Assembly: GCA_039030515.1 (NCBI GenBank)
Contig: JBCCEA010000004.1
Coordinates: 93,797-157,796 of the forward strand
Origin: Myxococcota bacterium
Lineage (GTDB): Bacteria > Myxococcota_A > Polyangia > Polyangiales > Houyiibacteriaceae
Length of the DNA stretch: 64,000 nt
Reading direction: 5' to 3'
Shown here in pieces: positions 18,640 to 30,007 of the stretch (position 1 is its first letter; the number at the start of each line of letters is the position of its first letter). Both the position numbers and the translations under genes were made by a program. Under the pieces are notes generated by a model. The model saw only the letters and a list, made by a program, of their open reading frames with translations, was not told the DNA's origin and searched no databases.

Positions 18640-20433
18640 TCAGGAAGGCTGCCGAAACGCCAGCGGCAGTCGAATGGTGAATACGGTGCGACCAGGTTCT
18701 GACTCGAGCTTGATCGACCCTCCGTGGGCGTCTACGATCTGGCGAACGATCGCGAGCCCCAAACCGCTCCCGCCGCTTTTCCCGTGCGTCGTGAAGGAGT
18801 CGAACAAGCGCGTTCTTATCGCTTCTGGAATTCCGGAGCCATCGTCCCGAAAAGAGAGCAGGAGATCTCCGCTTTGCTCGCACTTGCAGACGCGAATGCG
18901 AAACAGGCCTCCCTTTGCACCGATCGCTTCGGAGGCATTTCGAGCGAGATTATGAATGGCGCGTTGGATCTTCTGGGCATCAAAATACGCGACGCCCCGA
19001 TACACAAGATCCAACTCTACCGTGACGTGGCTTTCGGACAGGTCTCGCTTCAGCTGCTCGACCAGTTCCTCAAAGAAACGATGCAGATACACTTTGCGAA
19101 CCCAAAGCGTTCGGTCTCCTCGGGCGAACGCCAAAGTCTCTCGAGTCATCGAGTTGATCAACGCGACCTGCCTCAATGCGGTCGATCCAAACCCCTGCCT
19201 TTTTTCCTTGTCTTCCTCATCCACAAGCATCTGGACGTAGCCGCTCACCACGGTCATCGGGGTTCTCAAGTCGTGTAGGACGCCGGAGAGAAATTGGCCG
19301 ATGGACGAAAGACGATCTTCTCTTGCGCGCTGCGCCCGACTCTCTGCCAAGTGGATGGCGTTTGCAGCATGCCCGGCAATGACGGTCGCGAACTTGACCT
19401 CATCTTCGCAAAACGCTCCATCGCCTTGATTCTTATCGATCAACGCAAGTGCTCCAATCCCGCCGTCCCAGCGCATCGGAACGCAAAGCATACTTTTCGC
19501 TACGTAACCGAACTCTCGATAGAGCCGTTCGGAATGACGGGGATCCACGGTCACGTCGCCCACTACCTGAGCATGTTGATGGGTTGCTACCCAGCTGGAG
19601 ATCCCTTCGCCAACAGGCACATGTATACAGTGCAGTTTTGATTCAGCTTCCAAGGCACTTCGAAATCGCAGCGCTCCCAGGGGTTTTTCGACCAGCAGGA
19701 TCGAGGCAGCAGTCGCCTCCATCGCCCGCATCGCCCGCACCAGCACCCCTTCTAGAAGTTCTTCAAGTCCGTCGGTGCTCGCCGAGATTTGAGCGATCTC
19801 AAAGAGAACATCGAGTTCACATACCTTCCGCTCGAGCGCTTCCTTCGTCTCCAGAAGCTCGATGTTCTTCCCGACCACCGAAAGAAAAAGTTTGCTGTTC
19901 TCAATGCAGACCGCAGCCTGAGAAGAGAGTGCACTCAGCAGTGCTTCATCATCTTCGGTAAAGTCTCCGGAGGTTTTGTTGAGCACCTGAACGACACCTA
20001 TCGTGCGTCCATGATGATTTTTCATCGGCACCCCCAGGATAGACCGGGTGCGATAGCCTGTTCGACGATCCCATTCTCCGTCGAAGCGGAGGTCCTGGTA
20101 GGCATCTCGAATGTTGAGCGTGCGACCCGTCTGAGCAACCCAACCGGCGAGCCCCTCTCCGACTCTGAGCCGAATCTCGCGAAACTGAGTACCCTGCGCG
20201 ATCTTGGACCAGAGCTCGCCCTTGTCCTCATCGAGAAGGTACAGCGTCGAGCGGTCTGCCTCCATGACCTGACCAATTCGGTCGAGGACCATGGAGAGAA
20301 GTTCGTCGAGGTCTAAAGTCGAACCCAGCGCGGCGCCTATATCTTGTAACGCCTTGAGCTTACGACGTTCTCTTTCGAGAGCATCGCTCAGCTGGCCCAT
20401 CTGAGCCAACGGTGGAGGGTCTTCAACGGTCAT
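18640..20433 (-). CDS. Cytoplasmic GAF-GAF sensor histidine kinase
   Basis: Two GAF domains (VLNK..F...DE); H-box HDLRTPM; N box NLARNA; G boxes DDGSGI and GSGLGL. Confidence 0.92.
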   Translation of the reverse strand: MTVEDPPPLAQMGQLSDALERERRKLKALQDIGAALGSTLDLDELLSMVLDRIGQVMEADRSTLYLLDEDKGELWSKIAQGTQFREIRLRVGEGLAGWVAQTGRTLNIRDAYQDLRFDGEWDRRTGYRTRSILGVPMKNHHGRTIGVVQVLNKTSGDFTEDDEALLSALSSQAAVCIENSKLFLSVVGKNIELLETKEALERKVCELDVLFEIAQISASTDGLEELLEGVLVRAMRAMEATAASILLVEKPLGALRFRSALEAESKLHCIHVPVGEGISSWVATHQHAQVVGDVTVDPRHSERLYREFGYVAKSMLCVPMRWDGGIGALALIDKNQGDGAFCEDEVKFATVIAGHAANAIHLAESRAQRAREDRLSSIGQFLSGVLHDLRTPMTVVSGYVQMLVDEEDKEKRQGFGSTALRQVALINSMTRETLAFARGDRTLWVRKVYLHRFFEELVEQLKRDLSESHVTVELDLVYRGVAYFDAQKIQRAIHNLARNASEAIGAKGGLFRIRVCKCEQSGDLLLSFRDDGSGIPEAIRTRLFDSFTTHGKSGGSGLGLAIVRQIVDAHGGSIKLESEPGRTVFTIRLPLAFRQPS

Positions 20434-20564
20434 CTCCGACCCGTTTCCTCAAACCCACATTCCCTTACAACCTCGGACAACAACACATGCGTCTCCAGGC
20501 GATCGATTCGCTCAAACCAAGGGGAGCGCGCCCGTGTGCAGGGTACCCTAGAATGAGCCAAGGC

Positions 20565-21734
20565 TTAAAAGCCACGCCTCAATTCTACCCGATCACCCAT
20601 CACCACCTCACGAACCGACCGGGTGACGAGCAAACCGGCGGTGTTCGGCCTCAAGTTCACAACCCTCCCTTCCGCGATCACTTCAAGGGGATAGTTCTCG
20701 GCTTCTTCGGCATGCTCGAAAGTCTCGCCCGAGGCACGTCGAGCGATGCCCACATCTCGATATGAGGCCAGCCACTCGTCGGCTTCTCGAACGACAAACA
20801 CCCGATTGCCCACGCGAACCCCCTGCAGTTCGCCCACATCGATGAAGATGATCTGACTGTCGGCATGAAACTCTCGAGGTCGCAGCGCGGCTACCACCTT
20901 GGCATTCAAATCACGTTCGCTAGAGACTGGCTCGATCATATCGAACCGCCGCGGTATGGCCGCGACTCGATCTCCTCGCTCGATAGGGTCGAGCGCTTCG
21001 GTCACCACGCCTCTAGCGACAGCGCTCTGTGCATCGTAACTCTGCAAGCGAATGGTGCCGTAAATCCGAACAAGAGCCCCCTTTTCATCGTCCATTCGCT
21101 CCCGCGATGGCACGCGGCGAAAAACGGTGTACTCGGCACCCGGCCGTATGTCCTGTTCGTTCTCGAAGCGGAGATAGACTTCGTCCCACTCGGAGAGCAG
21201 CATATGCTCCTCCGGCGAGCCGACGATCACCGCTGACCGCTGCAGCGCGTCACGGTCGAGATATCCCTCGTCACGCAACCAAACAGTATCCGATTCATGG
21301 AGAATCAGGCCGCGCGGGGTGGCCCTACCCTGCACCGGCAATGCCGCGGAGCCCAATCCCGGTCGAAGTCGGACGATATCGTTTGGATAGATCCAATGCG
21401 GATTGGTGACTTCCGGATTGTAGGACCAAAGACGGGGCCAGTGCCAATGGCTGCCGTAGTAGCGCTGGGCAAGGTCCCAAAGCGTATCTCCTCGACGAAC
21501 CTGATGCGCCGCGGGAACATCCCGAGTGCGCTCGCGACCGCGAATGGTGATCCCGCGACCGGTCTGACGCGACTCACTGAGCGTCGCGGGAGAGTCTCGA
21601 ACCGGGCGCTGTCGCTGCTCCGTCGAGGTCATCCATTCGGACTCCGCCGCGTGCTGAGCCCATGCCGGTTCACCGAAACCCGCACCCCAGTCCAACGAAA
21701 GCAGCACACCCATCACCGCCAAGACCTTGTTCAT
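20565..21734 (-). CDS. LysM peptidoglycan-binding protein, TsaP-like
   Basis: Signal peptide; GDTLWDLA...WHWPRLWSYNPEVTNPHWIYP signature; C-terminal beta domains. Confidence 0.75.
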   Translation of the reverse strand: MNKVLAVMGVLLSLDWGAGFGEPAWAQHAAESEWMTSTEQRQRPVRDSPATLSESRQTGRGITIRGRERTRDVPAAHQVRRGDTLWDLAQRYYGSHWHWPRLWSYNPEVTNPHWIYPNDIVRLRPGLGSAALPVQGRATPRGLILHESDTVWLRDEGYLDRDALQRSAVIVGSPEEHMLLSEWDEVYLRFENEQDIRPGAEYTVFRRVPSRERMDDEKGALVRIYGTIRLQSYDAQSAVARGVVTEALDPIERGDRVAAIPRRFDMIEPVSSERDLNAKVVAALRPREFHADSQIIFIDVGELQGVRVGNRVFVVREADEWLASYRDVGIARRASGETFEHAEEAENYPLEVIAEGRVVNLRPNTAGLLVTRSVREVVMGDRVELRRGF

Positions 21735-22627
21735 GAAGCTTCCTCCTGCGAGGCCAACTGGGCTGCAACCGAATTCGGAAATTGCCTCTGCACCCGTTCA
21801 AAGTATTCATCAGCGCGACCAGGGTTTCCCATGCGTCTATGGCACATGCCCATTTTGAGAAGAGCCTCAGCCACCTTGTTTCCCCGAGGAAACCGCGCGA
21901 CTACCGTACCAAATTCACCGAGCGCGCGGCGGTACTGTCTCCGAGCATAGAGCACTTCTCCTCTCCAGAAATACGCATTGTCGGTGTAAGGATGGTCCGG
22001 ATAGGTTCGCACGAAAGAGTCGAGCACCTGAAAAGCTTCGATAAAACGCGCATCGCGAACCAACGCGAGCGCGCTGCGGTACTGCGCCACCGCCGTATCC
22101 GGTGCTGCTGAGGAAGCACGCTGAGAAGCGGAAATTGAAGCTGGGGAACCGGAGGTGACCGGAAGCCTATCGGGAACAGAGGATGGCCGATTCGGCAACA
22201 CCAACGCGTCCGAGTCGAGATCTGTGGGGTGCCCATACAGCCTCAGTAACGGACGAGTCCCTCCCCCGTCATCCGCAAGATGATCGGAAAAATGCGGATC
22301 GTTTTCGTCGAAAGATGCAGTGTCCTCCGAGGATCCAGCGTCCTCCGAGGGTCCGAGATCACGGGATGAACCAGAGCGCTTGGAAGCCTCAGACGATTCG
22401 GTCGAACGGCGAAGATCTCGAGCTTCCGCTCGGAGAAGAGCCATTTGCCCTTCCAGTTCGCGAATTCTCACAAGGCCATCGTCTCGTTGCCGGGTCAGCC
22501 GATGAAGTTGACGCTCGGATCGCGCGCGTGCTTCGGCAAGAGGTGCGGTGCACGACTCCGACGCCTGGGAGGACGCACATGCAGAGCCAAAAAGAAGTGC
22601 AAGCGAAGTGAGAAGCTTATTCACCAT
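21731..22627 (-). CDS. CpoB/YbgF-like TPR lipoprotein
   Basis: Lipobox-like GSAC from ATG 22627; coiled coil; TPR motifs YPDHPYTDNAYFWRGE and FPRGNKVAEALLKMG; overlaps the start of the next gene. Confidence 0.8.
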   Translation of the reverse strand: MVNKLLTSLALLFGSACASSQASESCTAPLAEARARSERQLHRLTRQRDDGLVRIRELEGQMALLRAEARDLRRSTESSEASKRSGSSRDLGPSEDAGSSEDTASFDENDPHFSDHLADDGGGTRPLLRLYGHPTDLDSDALVLPNRPSSVPDRLPVTSGSPASISASQRASSAAPDTAVAQYRSALALVRDARFIEAFQVLDSFVRTYPDHPYTDNAYFWRGEVLYARRQYRRALGEFGTVVARFPRGNKVAEALLKMGMCHRRMGNPGRADEYFERVQRQFPNSVAAQLASQEEAS

Positions 22628-22782
22628 CAAATCAAACCGACCCAACCAGCAGACTATTGAAGCGAGCGGGAGTCCGTCAAAAACTCCGCCGGTACGCAGC
22701 GTGAGCGACATCGGTCGGGGGGCGTCACCGCGATTCGGATCGGAATCGAGCGGCAGCACGTCTCGGCCCGCTCGAACGTCTC

Positions 22783-23730
22783 CTAGACTTCGATCATCGC
22801 ACCGAGCGAGCGAAACTTTTGGTACCGCTGCGCCACCAAGCTGTCCGGAGGCACTTCTTGTAGCTCCTCGAGGCTCCTACGCAAACAGCGACCCAGCGCC
22901 TCCGCAGCAGACGCCGGATCTCGATGTGCTCCCCCAAGCGGCTCAGAAACGATTTCATCGGCAATTCCATGCACTTTCGCCTCATGCGCCAGCAACTTCA
23001 GTTGCTCTGAGGCCTCAGGAGCCATCGCTCCATCCCTCCATAAAATCGAAGCGCACCCCTCGGGAGTGATCACGCTGTACGTCGCGTACTCCAGCATGAA
23101 AAGGCGATTGGCGACTCCAAGCGCAAGGGCTCCTCCGGAGCCTCCTTCGCCGATGACGGTTGCGATCACCGGAACGGTCAGTTTCGACATCGCGAGAATA
23201 GACTGACCGATCGCTTCAGACTGCCCACGCTCCTCAGCGCCGATACCGGGATAGGCTCCAGGAGTGTCGATGAAGGTGACTACCGGCCGACGATACCGTT
23301 CTGCAAGCGTCATCAGCCGAATCGCCTTTCGGTATCCCTCAGGATGCGCCATGCCGAAATTTCGAAACTGCCGCTCTCGAGCCGTCCGACCTTTTTGCTG
23401 CCCGATCACCATCACCGAGCTTCCATCGATTCGCGCAAAACCGCCGACAACCGCTGGATCATCCCGAAACGATCGATCTCCGTGCAACTCGACGAAGTCT
23501 TCAAAGATCATTTGAAGATAGTCTAGAAAGTACGGGCGCTCTGTGTGGCGGCTGAGTTGAACTTTTTGCCATGTAGACAGATCCTCGTAGATCTCTCGCC
23601 GAAGCTGATCGGCGCGTTCCGAGAGAACGAGCAGCTCACTCGCTGTTGCTCCATCGTCGTTCATGGCTTTTAGATGCTGTATTTGCTCCTCAAGTTCGAC
23701 GAGCGGTTGTTCAAACTCTAGGTGCGTCAT
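22783..23730 (-). CDS. accA: Acetyl-CoA carboxylase carboxyltransferase alpha subunit
   Basis: LEFEQPL, ELHGDR, NFGMAHPEGYRKA, DTPGAYPG, GEGGSGGALA. Confidence 0.97.
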   Translation of the reverse strand: MTHLEFEQPLVELEEQIQHLKAMNDDGATASELLVLSERADQLRREIYEDLSTWQKVQLSRHTERPYFLDYLQMIFEDFVELHGDRSFRDDPAVVGGFARIDGSSVMVIGQQKGRTARERQFRNFGMAHPEGYRKAIRLMTLAERYRRPVVTFIDTPGAYPGIGAEERGQSEAIGQSILAMSKLTVPVIATVIGEGGSGGALALGVANRLFMLEYATYSVITPEGCASILWRDGAMAPEASEQLKLLAHEAKVHGIADEIVSEPLGGAHRDPASAAEALGRCLRRSLEELQEVPPDSLVAQRYQKFRSLGAMIEV

Positions 23731-23921
23731 GACATAGGTAATATCTCTTTAACGCGGTGAATCGATGACGACCACATCCTTTTCCGAGGCGCTGCGCACG
23801 AGGCCCTCGCCACGCACGCAATCGCGGCTCCCGCACCTGGGCCCGCATGACCTGACTCATCCGCAACAGAATTATCATCGCGTGACGTCTCGATGACTTG
23901 GGCGGTCGGTGCGCTACACGT

Positions 23922-25574
23922 TTAGAGGCGTCCTCTCGACGGTGGTGAAGGATCACTCAGAGAGCTTGACGAGCGCTTTTGACTCTGAACGCTGTAGGTC
24001 TGTATCGGGTGCGACTTGCCCTTGACTTGGGTAGGAGGCAACTGGGTCGCATCGACGTACTCATTGACTCGCCGATAGGTTTCTTCGCTGATGATAATCT
24101 GCCCGGCCTTTGCAACCGAACACAACCTCGCGGCTACGTTGGTAGCGTCTCCGATGACCGTGTACTCGAGGGCCTTGCTGCTACCCAGATAGCCCGCGAT
24201 CACGTCTCCTGTATTGATCCCGATACCTACTTGAATTTCATCGACGCCTCGCCCTGCGCGTACTCGGTTCCATTGCTCTAAGACACGCAGCATCTCAAGT
24301 GCGGTCAGCACGGCTCGAAGCGGATCGTCTGAATGGGCGACCGGGCTACCGTAGAGCGCCATGATCTCATCTCCGACAAACTTATCCAGCGTGCCTTCGT
24401 ACTTGAAGATAATCTCGACCATCAACTCGAAGTACTCATTCAGCATATCGACGAGTTCTTGAGGAGCTCGGCTTTCACTCATGGCCGTGAATCCTCGGAT
24501 ATCGATAAACAAGATGGTGGTTTCTCGTAGCTCCCCACCCTTTCGAACCTCGACCTTGCCTTCCAGTACCTGCTGGGCAATGGCGGGACTGAGCAGTCTT
24601 TGGAAACGCTCTCGAGTCACCGCCTCTGCTTCCAGCTTTTTAGCGTACAAGCTATTTTGAATCGCAATCGCTGCCTGGTTGGCCACGTTCTGAAGCAGTT
24701 GAAGGTCCTTCTCGGTGAATGCGTTCGCGGCGATTTGAGAGTCGATAATGACAACTCCAAAGACTTCACCGGTGTGAATCAGCGGCACCGCCATACTCGA
24801 CCGTATGCCCTGCATGATCACCGAGTGAGCCCCTTGGAACCGGGAATCGACCGACGCATCGCTGGAAAGTACTGCGGCCTTATCTCTCAATACCTCGTTG
24901 AGTATCGTTGTGGATAAGTTCACCTGTTGCGACGTACCACCCTTACTCCGAACGCATCTTGGCGTGAGCTCTTTCGCGTCCTCAGGGCCGACGTACAGGA
25001 GCACAACGCCGCGATCTGCGTTGAAGAGCGCGAACGAGGTATCGAGTATTCTTTCGAGAAGTTTGTCCACGTCGAGCTCAACCCCGATCGCGCGGATCAC
25101 CTCGTAGCTGGCCCTCAGCTTTTCGTAGTCCCGGCGCAGCGCCAACTCGTCTTGAACGAGTTTTTCCGGCAGAAAGCTGTGATCGATAAGGGGTGCGAGC
25201 TTGGTGCGGATATGACTTTCGATGATCCCCTTGGTCATGGTGACTTGGGAGGCAGGAGGCGCCAACGCCGTTTCTTCCGGGGCACTATTCTCAAAGCCGA
25301 GGTAGATGATCCGGGTTGATCCGAGCTGTATTTCGTCTCCTTTTTGAAGCACACGCGAATGTTCGACTCGCGCTCCGTTCACGTACGTTCCGTTCAAACT
25401 GCCGAGGTCCCGCAGAACGTACCGATCCTCGACGAGATCGATGTGGCAGTGCTCCTTGCTGACGATTCGGTCGAGCACCTGCAGCGTATTGTTCGGATGA
25501 CGTCCCACCGTTGTGTGCGGCAGGAGGTCGTGGTCTCGGCGACCATCAACACCGATAATCGTGACACGTGCCAT
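23922..25574 (-). CDS. FHA-GAF-class III adenylate cyclase
   Basis: FHA (VGR, SKEH, SLNGT); GAF; cyclase motifs DIRGFT, DKFVGD, TVIGDATNVAARL. Confidence 0.92.
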   Translation of the reverse strand: MARVTIIGVDGRRDHDLLPHTTVGRHPNNTLQVLDRIVSKEHCHIDLVEDRYVLRDLGSLNGTYVNGARVEHSRVLQKGDEIQLGSTRIIYLGFENSAPEETALAPPASQVTMTKGIIESHIRTKLAPLIDHSFLPEKLVQDELALRRDYEKLRASYEVIRAIGVELDVDKLLERILDTSFALFNADRGVVLLYVGPEDAKELTPRCVRSKGGTSQQVNLSTTILNEVLRDKAAVLSSDASVDSRFQGAHSVIMQGIRSSMAVPLIHTGEVFGVVIIDSQIAANAFTEKDLQLLQNVANQAAIAIQNSLYAKKLEAEAVTRERFQRLLSPAIAQQVLEGKVEVRKGGELRETTILFIDIRGFTAMSESRAPQELVDMLNEYFELMVEIIFKYEGTLDKFVGDEIMALYGSPVAHSDDPLRAVLTALEMLRVLEQWNRVRAGRGVDEIQVGIGINTGDVIAGYLGSSKALEYTVIGDATNVAARLCSVAKAGQIIISEETYRRVNEYVDATQLPPTQVKGKSHPIQTYSVQSQKRSSSSLSDPSPPSRGRL

Positions 25575-25740
25575 GGCAGGATCCCGCAGGTGAACGTCGG
25601 CGGGGTCAGGCTGATGCTAGCGATGGGGACGCTTTGAGTAAAGACGAAGTCGGCGCCGTTGCCGGGTGCAGCATCACCTCGCGCATGGACTTGCGGATAT
25701 CGACGCGACCTGTTAGCAAAAGCGCTCATTCGGAGGGTGC

Positions 25741-25983
25741 ATGGCACGCGTTACCGTTGAAGACTGTCTTGAGCATGAAGAAAACCGTTTCGCGCTGGTA
25801 ATTCTCGCAGCACAGCGCGCAAGGCAACTCATGAAGGGCGCGCCTGCGCTGGTTCAGAGCAAGAACCGCGAGGCAGTCACTTCGCTCCGAGAGATTGCGG
25901 CAACACGGGTGCACTTCAACCGCCCGGTGCGTGAGGTCGTCGACGAATTTATTGTCGACACCAAGAATGCTGAGATCTCCTAA
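25741..25983 (+). CDS. rpoZ: RNA polymerase omega subunit
   Basis: [31 protein letters not shown] ggagg. Confidence 0.96.
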   Translation: MARVTVEDCLEHEENRFALVILAAQRARQLMKGAPALVQSKNREAVTSLREIAATRVHFNRPVREVVDEFIVDTKNAEIS

Positions 25984-26022
25984 GCTCAGCACGGTCCAGG
26001 TCTAAGCTCAGCACGGCCTGGT
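25980..26022. repeat. About 22-bp tandem duplication starting at the rpoZ stop codon
   Basis: ctaagctcagcacggtccaggt and ctaagctcagcacggcctggt; first 15 bp identical. Confidence 0.85.
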
Positions 26023-26072
26023 TTGATATCTACCGTGTAAAGCGTCGCATCCGACAACGTCAGCGCAGTCCC

Positions 26073-26885
26073 CTAGGCCGTTTCAGCCTTACGGAGCTTG
26101 GCGCTCGCTCCCATGCGGTAGAATCTGCGTAGTTCTCGTTCCAGCTCGGGCAGTCCGCCAGACATGCACAATGTTTCTTCGAGTCGCGCTGTGTATCGAT
26201 AAGCGAGCCTATGCGCCGTTCGATACCGAAGCCCTAACTCGCTCGAGGTGGGATCGAGAAACTCTGCTTCCAGAAAAAGCTTGCGGCGCAACCACCGGCT
26301 TCTCTCAAGGATAACGCCCACACCGTTTCCTGACAGGACGCCACTTCTCGATAGGGTGCGGTTGCCGGCACCAAAGTGATCCCTCGATCCGGCACCTTTG
26401 GTGGGTGGCGCATCTTGCCCTGAGCGCACTTCGCTCCCGGAAAGCAAGCCTACCGCATATTTGTCCACCTCCGCCTGCAACTCCAGCTCAAGCTGAGATA
26501 CCTCTTCACCGTTGCTCGCTCGAAAAGACAAGTAGACAAAGTGGCTTACACCCTCGGTCACCAGACAGCAGGCGCCAAAACGCTCGGACAAAAGCCAGTC
26601 GGTAGTCCGCTCATAAGACGCGATCGCAGACGCTGCGATGTACAGTCCCACTGAAGTCCCGTCGGCGCTCTCGTGAACGATCAGCACCTCGCCTCGATCC
26701 ACCTGGTCACCGACGAGCCGCCTGGCTTGTTCGGCGGAACAGATAAAGTCGCCCACCGGATGAGATACCTCGAGGTCATAAAGCTCACTGAGCCATCGCT
26801 GGGTCATCTCGAGGGCAGCCCCTCCCTGTGCGTTCGACCCACTGTCCGGAGGCACAACCGAACCTCGCTCCTCGCCGGCATCCAT
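26073..26885 (-). CDS. Hypothetical protein with zincin-like EGVSHF...ELELQAEVDKY segment
   Basis: 270-aa ORF 8 bp downstream of the 27481 gene; globular composition. Confidence 0.7.
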   Translation of the reverse strand: MDAGEERGSVVPPDSGSNAQGGAALEMTQRWLSELYDLEVSHPVGDFICSAEQARRLVGDQVDRGEVLIVHESADGTSVGLYIAASAIASYERTTDWLLSERFGACCLVTEGVSHFVYLSFRASNGEEVSQLELELQAEVDKYAVGLLSGSEVRSGQDAPPTKGAGSRDHFGAGNRTLSRSGVLSGNGVGVILERSRWLRRKLFLEAEFLDPTSSELGLRYRTAHRLAYRYTARLEETLCMSGGLPELERELRRFYRMGASAKLRKAETA

Positions 26886-26893
26886 CGACGCGC

Positions 26894-27481
26894 TCAGTGG
26901 AGCACCTCGTCGTGCTCCTGATTCAGCATGGGGTTGACCCCAAACTCACTGAGTCTGCGAGCAAGGGTTGGACTCTTGGTGCGGCGGTAGCGGTCGTACA
27001 GGCGCACAATGTCCTGAGGTGTTCGCAAGGCGGTCTGTTCTCGAACCTCATCGATACACGCAGCGAGTGCACTGAACTGATCCGAAAGCTCACCATACAC
27101 CCACGAGCTATTCGATCGCCGCCGGGCCCGACTGAGCACCGAGGCCTCTCGATATGCCCGACGTCCCATACAGACTACGTAGGGACGGCTAACCCCTCGA
27201 TACTCAAGTGATTCTGGAAACATACCGCATCGCATCAAGGCCGTGTCGCCCATCTGGCGATAACAACGCTGCTTGGCTCGAGCGTTGGGTTCAGAGATCG
27301 CGTCTGCAAGCTGCTCCACCAAGGTGTACCGCGAAGGGTCGACTTCCTGGGTCGTAACCGAAGAGAGCAGGCCCACGAGATAACCGGTACCGTCCTCTGA
27401 GATCGAGACCTCTCGATTTTTGAAAGCCCGTACCAATAGCTCTCGAAAGTACCCAGGAACGTCAGCAGCGGAATGGATCAA
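26894..27481 (-). CDS. Hypothetical alpha-helical protein divergent from groES
   Basis: 195-aa ORF; TTG start with strong RBS aaggag. Confidence 0.7.
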   Translation of the reverse strand: MIHSAADVPGYFRELLVRAFKNREVSISEDGTGYLVGLLSSVTTQEVDPSRYTLVEQLADAISEPNARAKQRCYRQMGDTALMRCGMFPESLEYRGVSRPYVVCMGRRAYREASVLSRARRRSNSSWVYGELSDQFSALAACIDEVREQTALRTPQDIVRLYDRYRRTKSPTLARRLSEFGVNPMLNQEHDEVLH

Positions 27482-27606
27482 AGGTTCTCCTTATGTAAAC
27501 AGGGTTGGTCGTCTTAAATGGCTTACGTCTCAGAGTAGCGGAACCTCAACCCTCTTCACGGGCGCGGTAGAGGCGAGCTTGAGCACGAACTCTTCGACGC
27601 ATCCCG

Positions 27607-27633
27607 TTGGCACTCACTGCCGAACGCTGCCAA
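27607..27633. promoter_or_regulatory. Degenerate CIRCE (HrcA operator) no. 2
   Basis: TTGGCACTC-N9-CGCTGCCAA versus consensus TTAGCACTC-N9-GAGTGCTAA; outer TTGGCA/TGCCAA is a perfect inverted repeat. Confidence 0.6.
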
Positions 27634-27718
27634 TCGGTAGTCTCCAGAGCCTACAAAACCCGTAACCGACCGAAGCAAAAGAGAAAAGTGGCTACCAAAA
27701 TAGTTGCGAGCTCTCTTG

Positions 27719-27746
27719 TTGACTCTGGAGCACGACGACTTATCGT
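27719..27746 (+). promoter_or_regulatory. sigma70-type promoter of groESL
   Basis: TTGACT-N16-TATCGT immediately upstream of the CIRCE. Confidence 0.6.
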
Positions 27747-27757
27747 TCCAGGCGTCG

Positions 27758-27784
27758 CTAGCACTCGCCCACGGCAAGTGCTAG
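27758..27784. promoter_or_regulatory. CIRCE element (HrcA operator)
   Basis: CTAGCACTC-GCCCACGGC-AAGTGCTAG, 63 bp upstream of groES. Confidence 0.88.
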
Positions 27785-27847
27785 CAAAGCTCATTGTGGG
27801 AAACTCGATTCCCAAAACCATAGGAATTCCAGACGGAGGAAGAGCGC

Positions 27848-28135
27848 ATGGCGATTCGACCGTTACACGACCGCATTTTAGTTCAGCGGGTCGAAGAAGA
27901 GACCAAGACCAAGGGTGGAATCATCATTCCGGACTCGGCAAAGGAAAAACCGATCGAAGGAAAGGTGATGGCTGTCGGCAACGGCAAGGTTAACGACAGT
28001 GGCGAAGTGCGACCCCTAGAGGTCAAAAAGGGCGACCGGATCCTGTTCGGCAAGTACAGCGGGACCGAGGTCAAAATTGACGGTGAAGAGCACCTCATTC
28101 TCCGAGAGGATGACGTACTCGGGGTCGTCGAGTAG
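27848..28135 (+). CDS. groES: Co-chaperonin GroES
   Basis: [33 protein letters not shown]. Confidence 0.98.
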   Translation: MAIRPLHDRILVQRVEEETKTKGGIIIPDSAKEKPIEGKVMAVGNGKVNDSGEVRPLEVKKGDRILFGKYSGTEVKIDGEEHLILREDDVLGVVE

Positions 28136-29800
<1,665 letters not shown>

Positions 29801-29816
29801 TCTGTTCTAATGATCT

Positions 29817-29858
29817 AAAAAGGGCGGTGTGCGCTTCATGCACACCGCCCTTTTTTTT
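29817..29858 (+). terminator. Rho-independent terminator of groESL (possibly bidirectional)
   Basis: Stem agggcggtgtgc/gcacaccgccct flanked by a 5' A-run and a T8 tail. Confidence 0.92.
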
Positions 29859-30007
29859 GCTCTCTGCGCATAGGGCCGCAGAGTCTTTAGAATCGGAGGT
29901 CTTTGGAACCTTAGAGCATACTTCGGTGCTAAGCAGACTTCGACTTTTGCCGGATTACGGACACTGCCGACGCTGCTACTGAGACCCCGCCGGTTCGGCC
30001 AGCGCTG

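Noticed and set aside
27607..27621. sigma54 promoter (TGGCAC...TGC)
   Set aside because: GG-to-GC spacing is 8 rather than 10; better explained as a CIRCE half-site.
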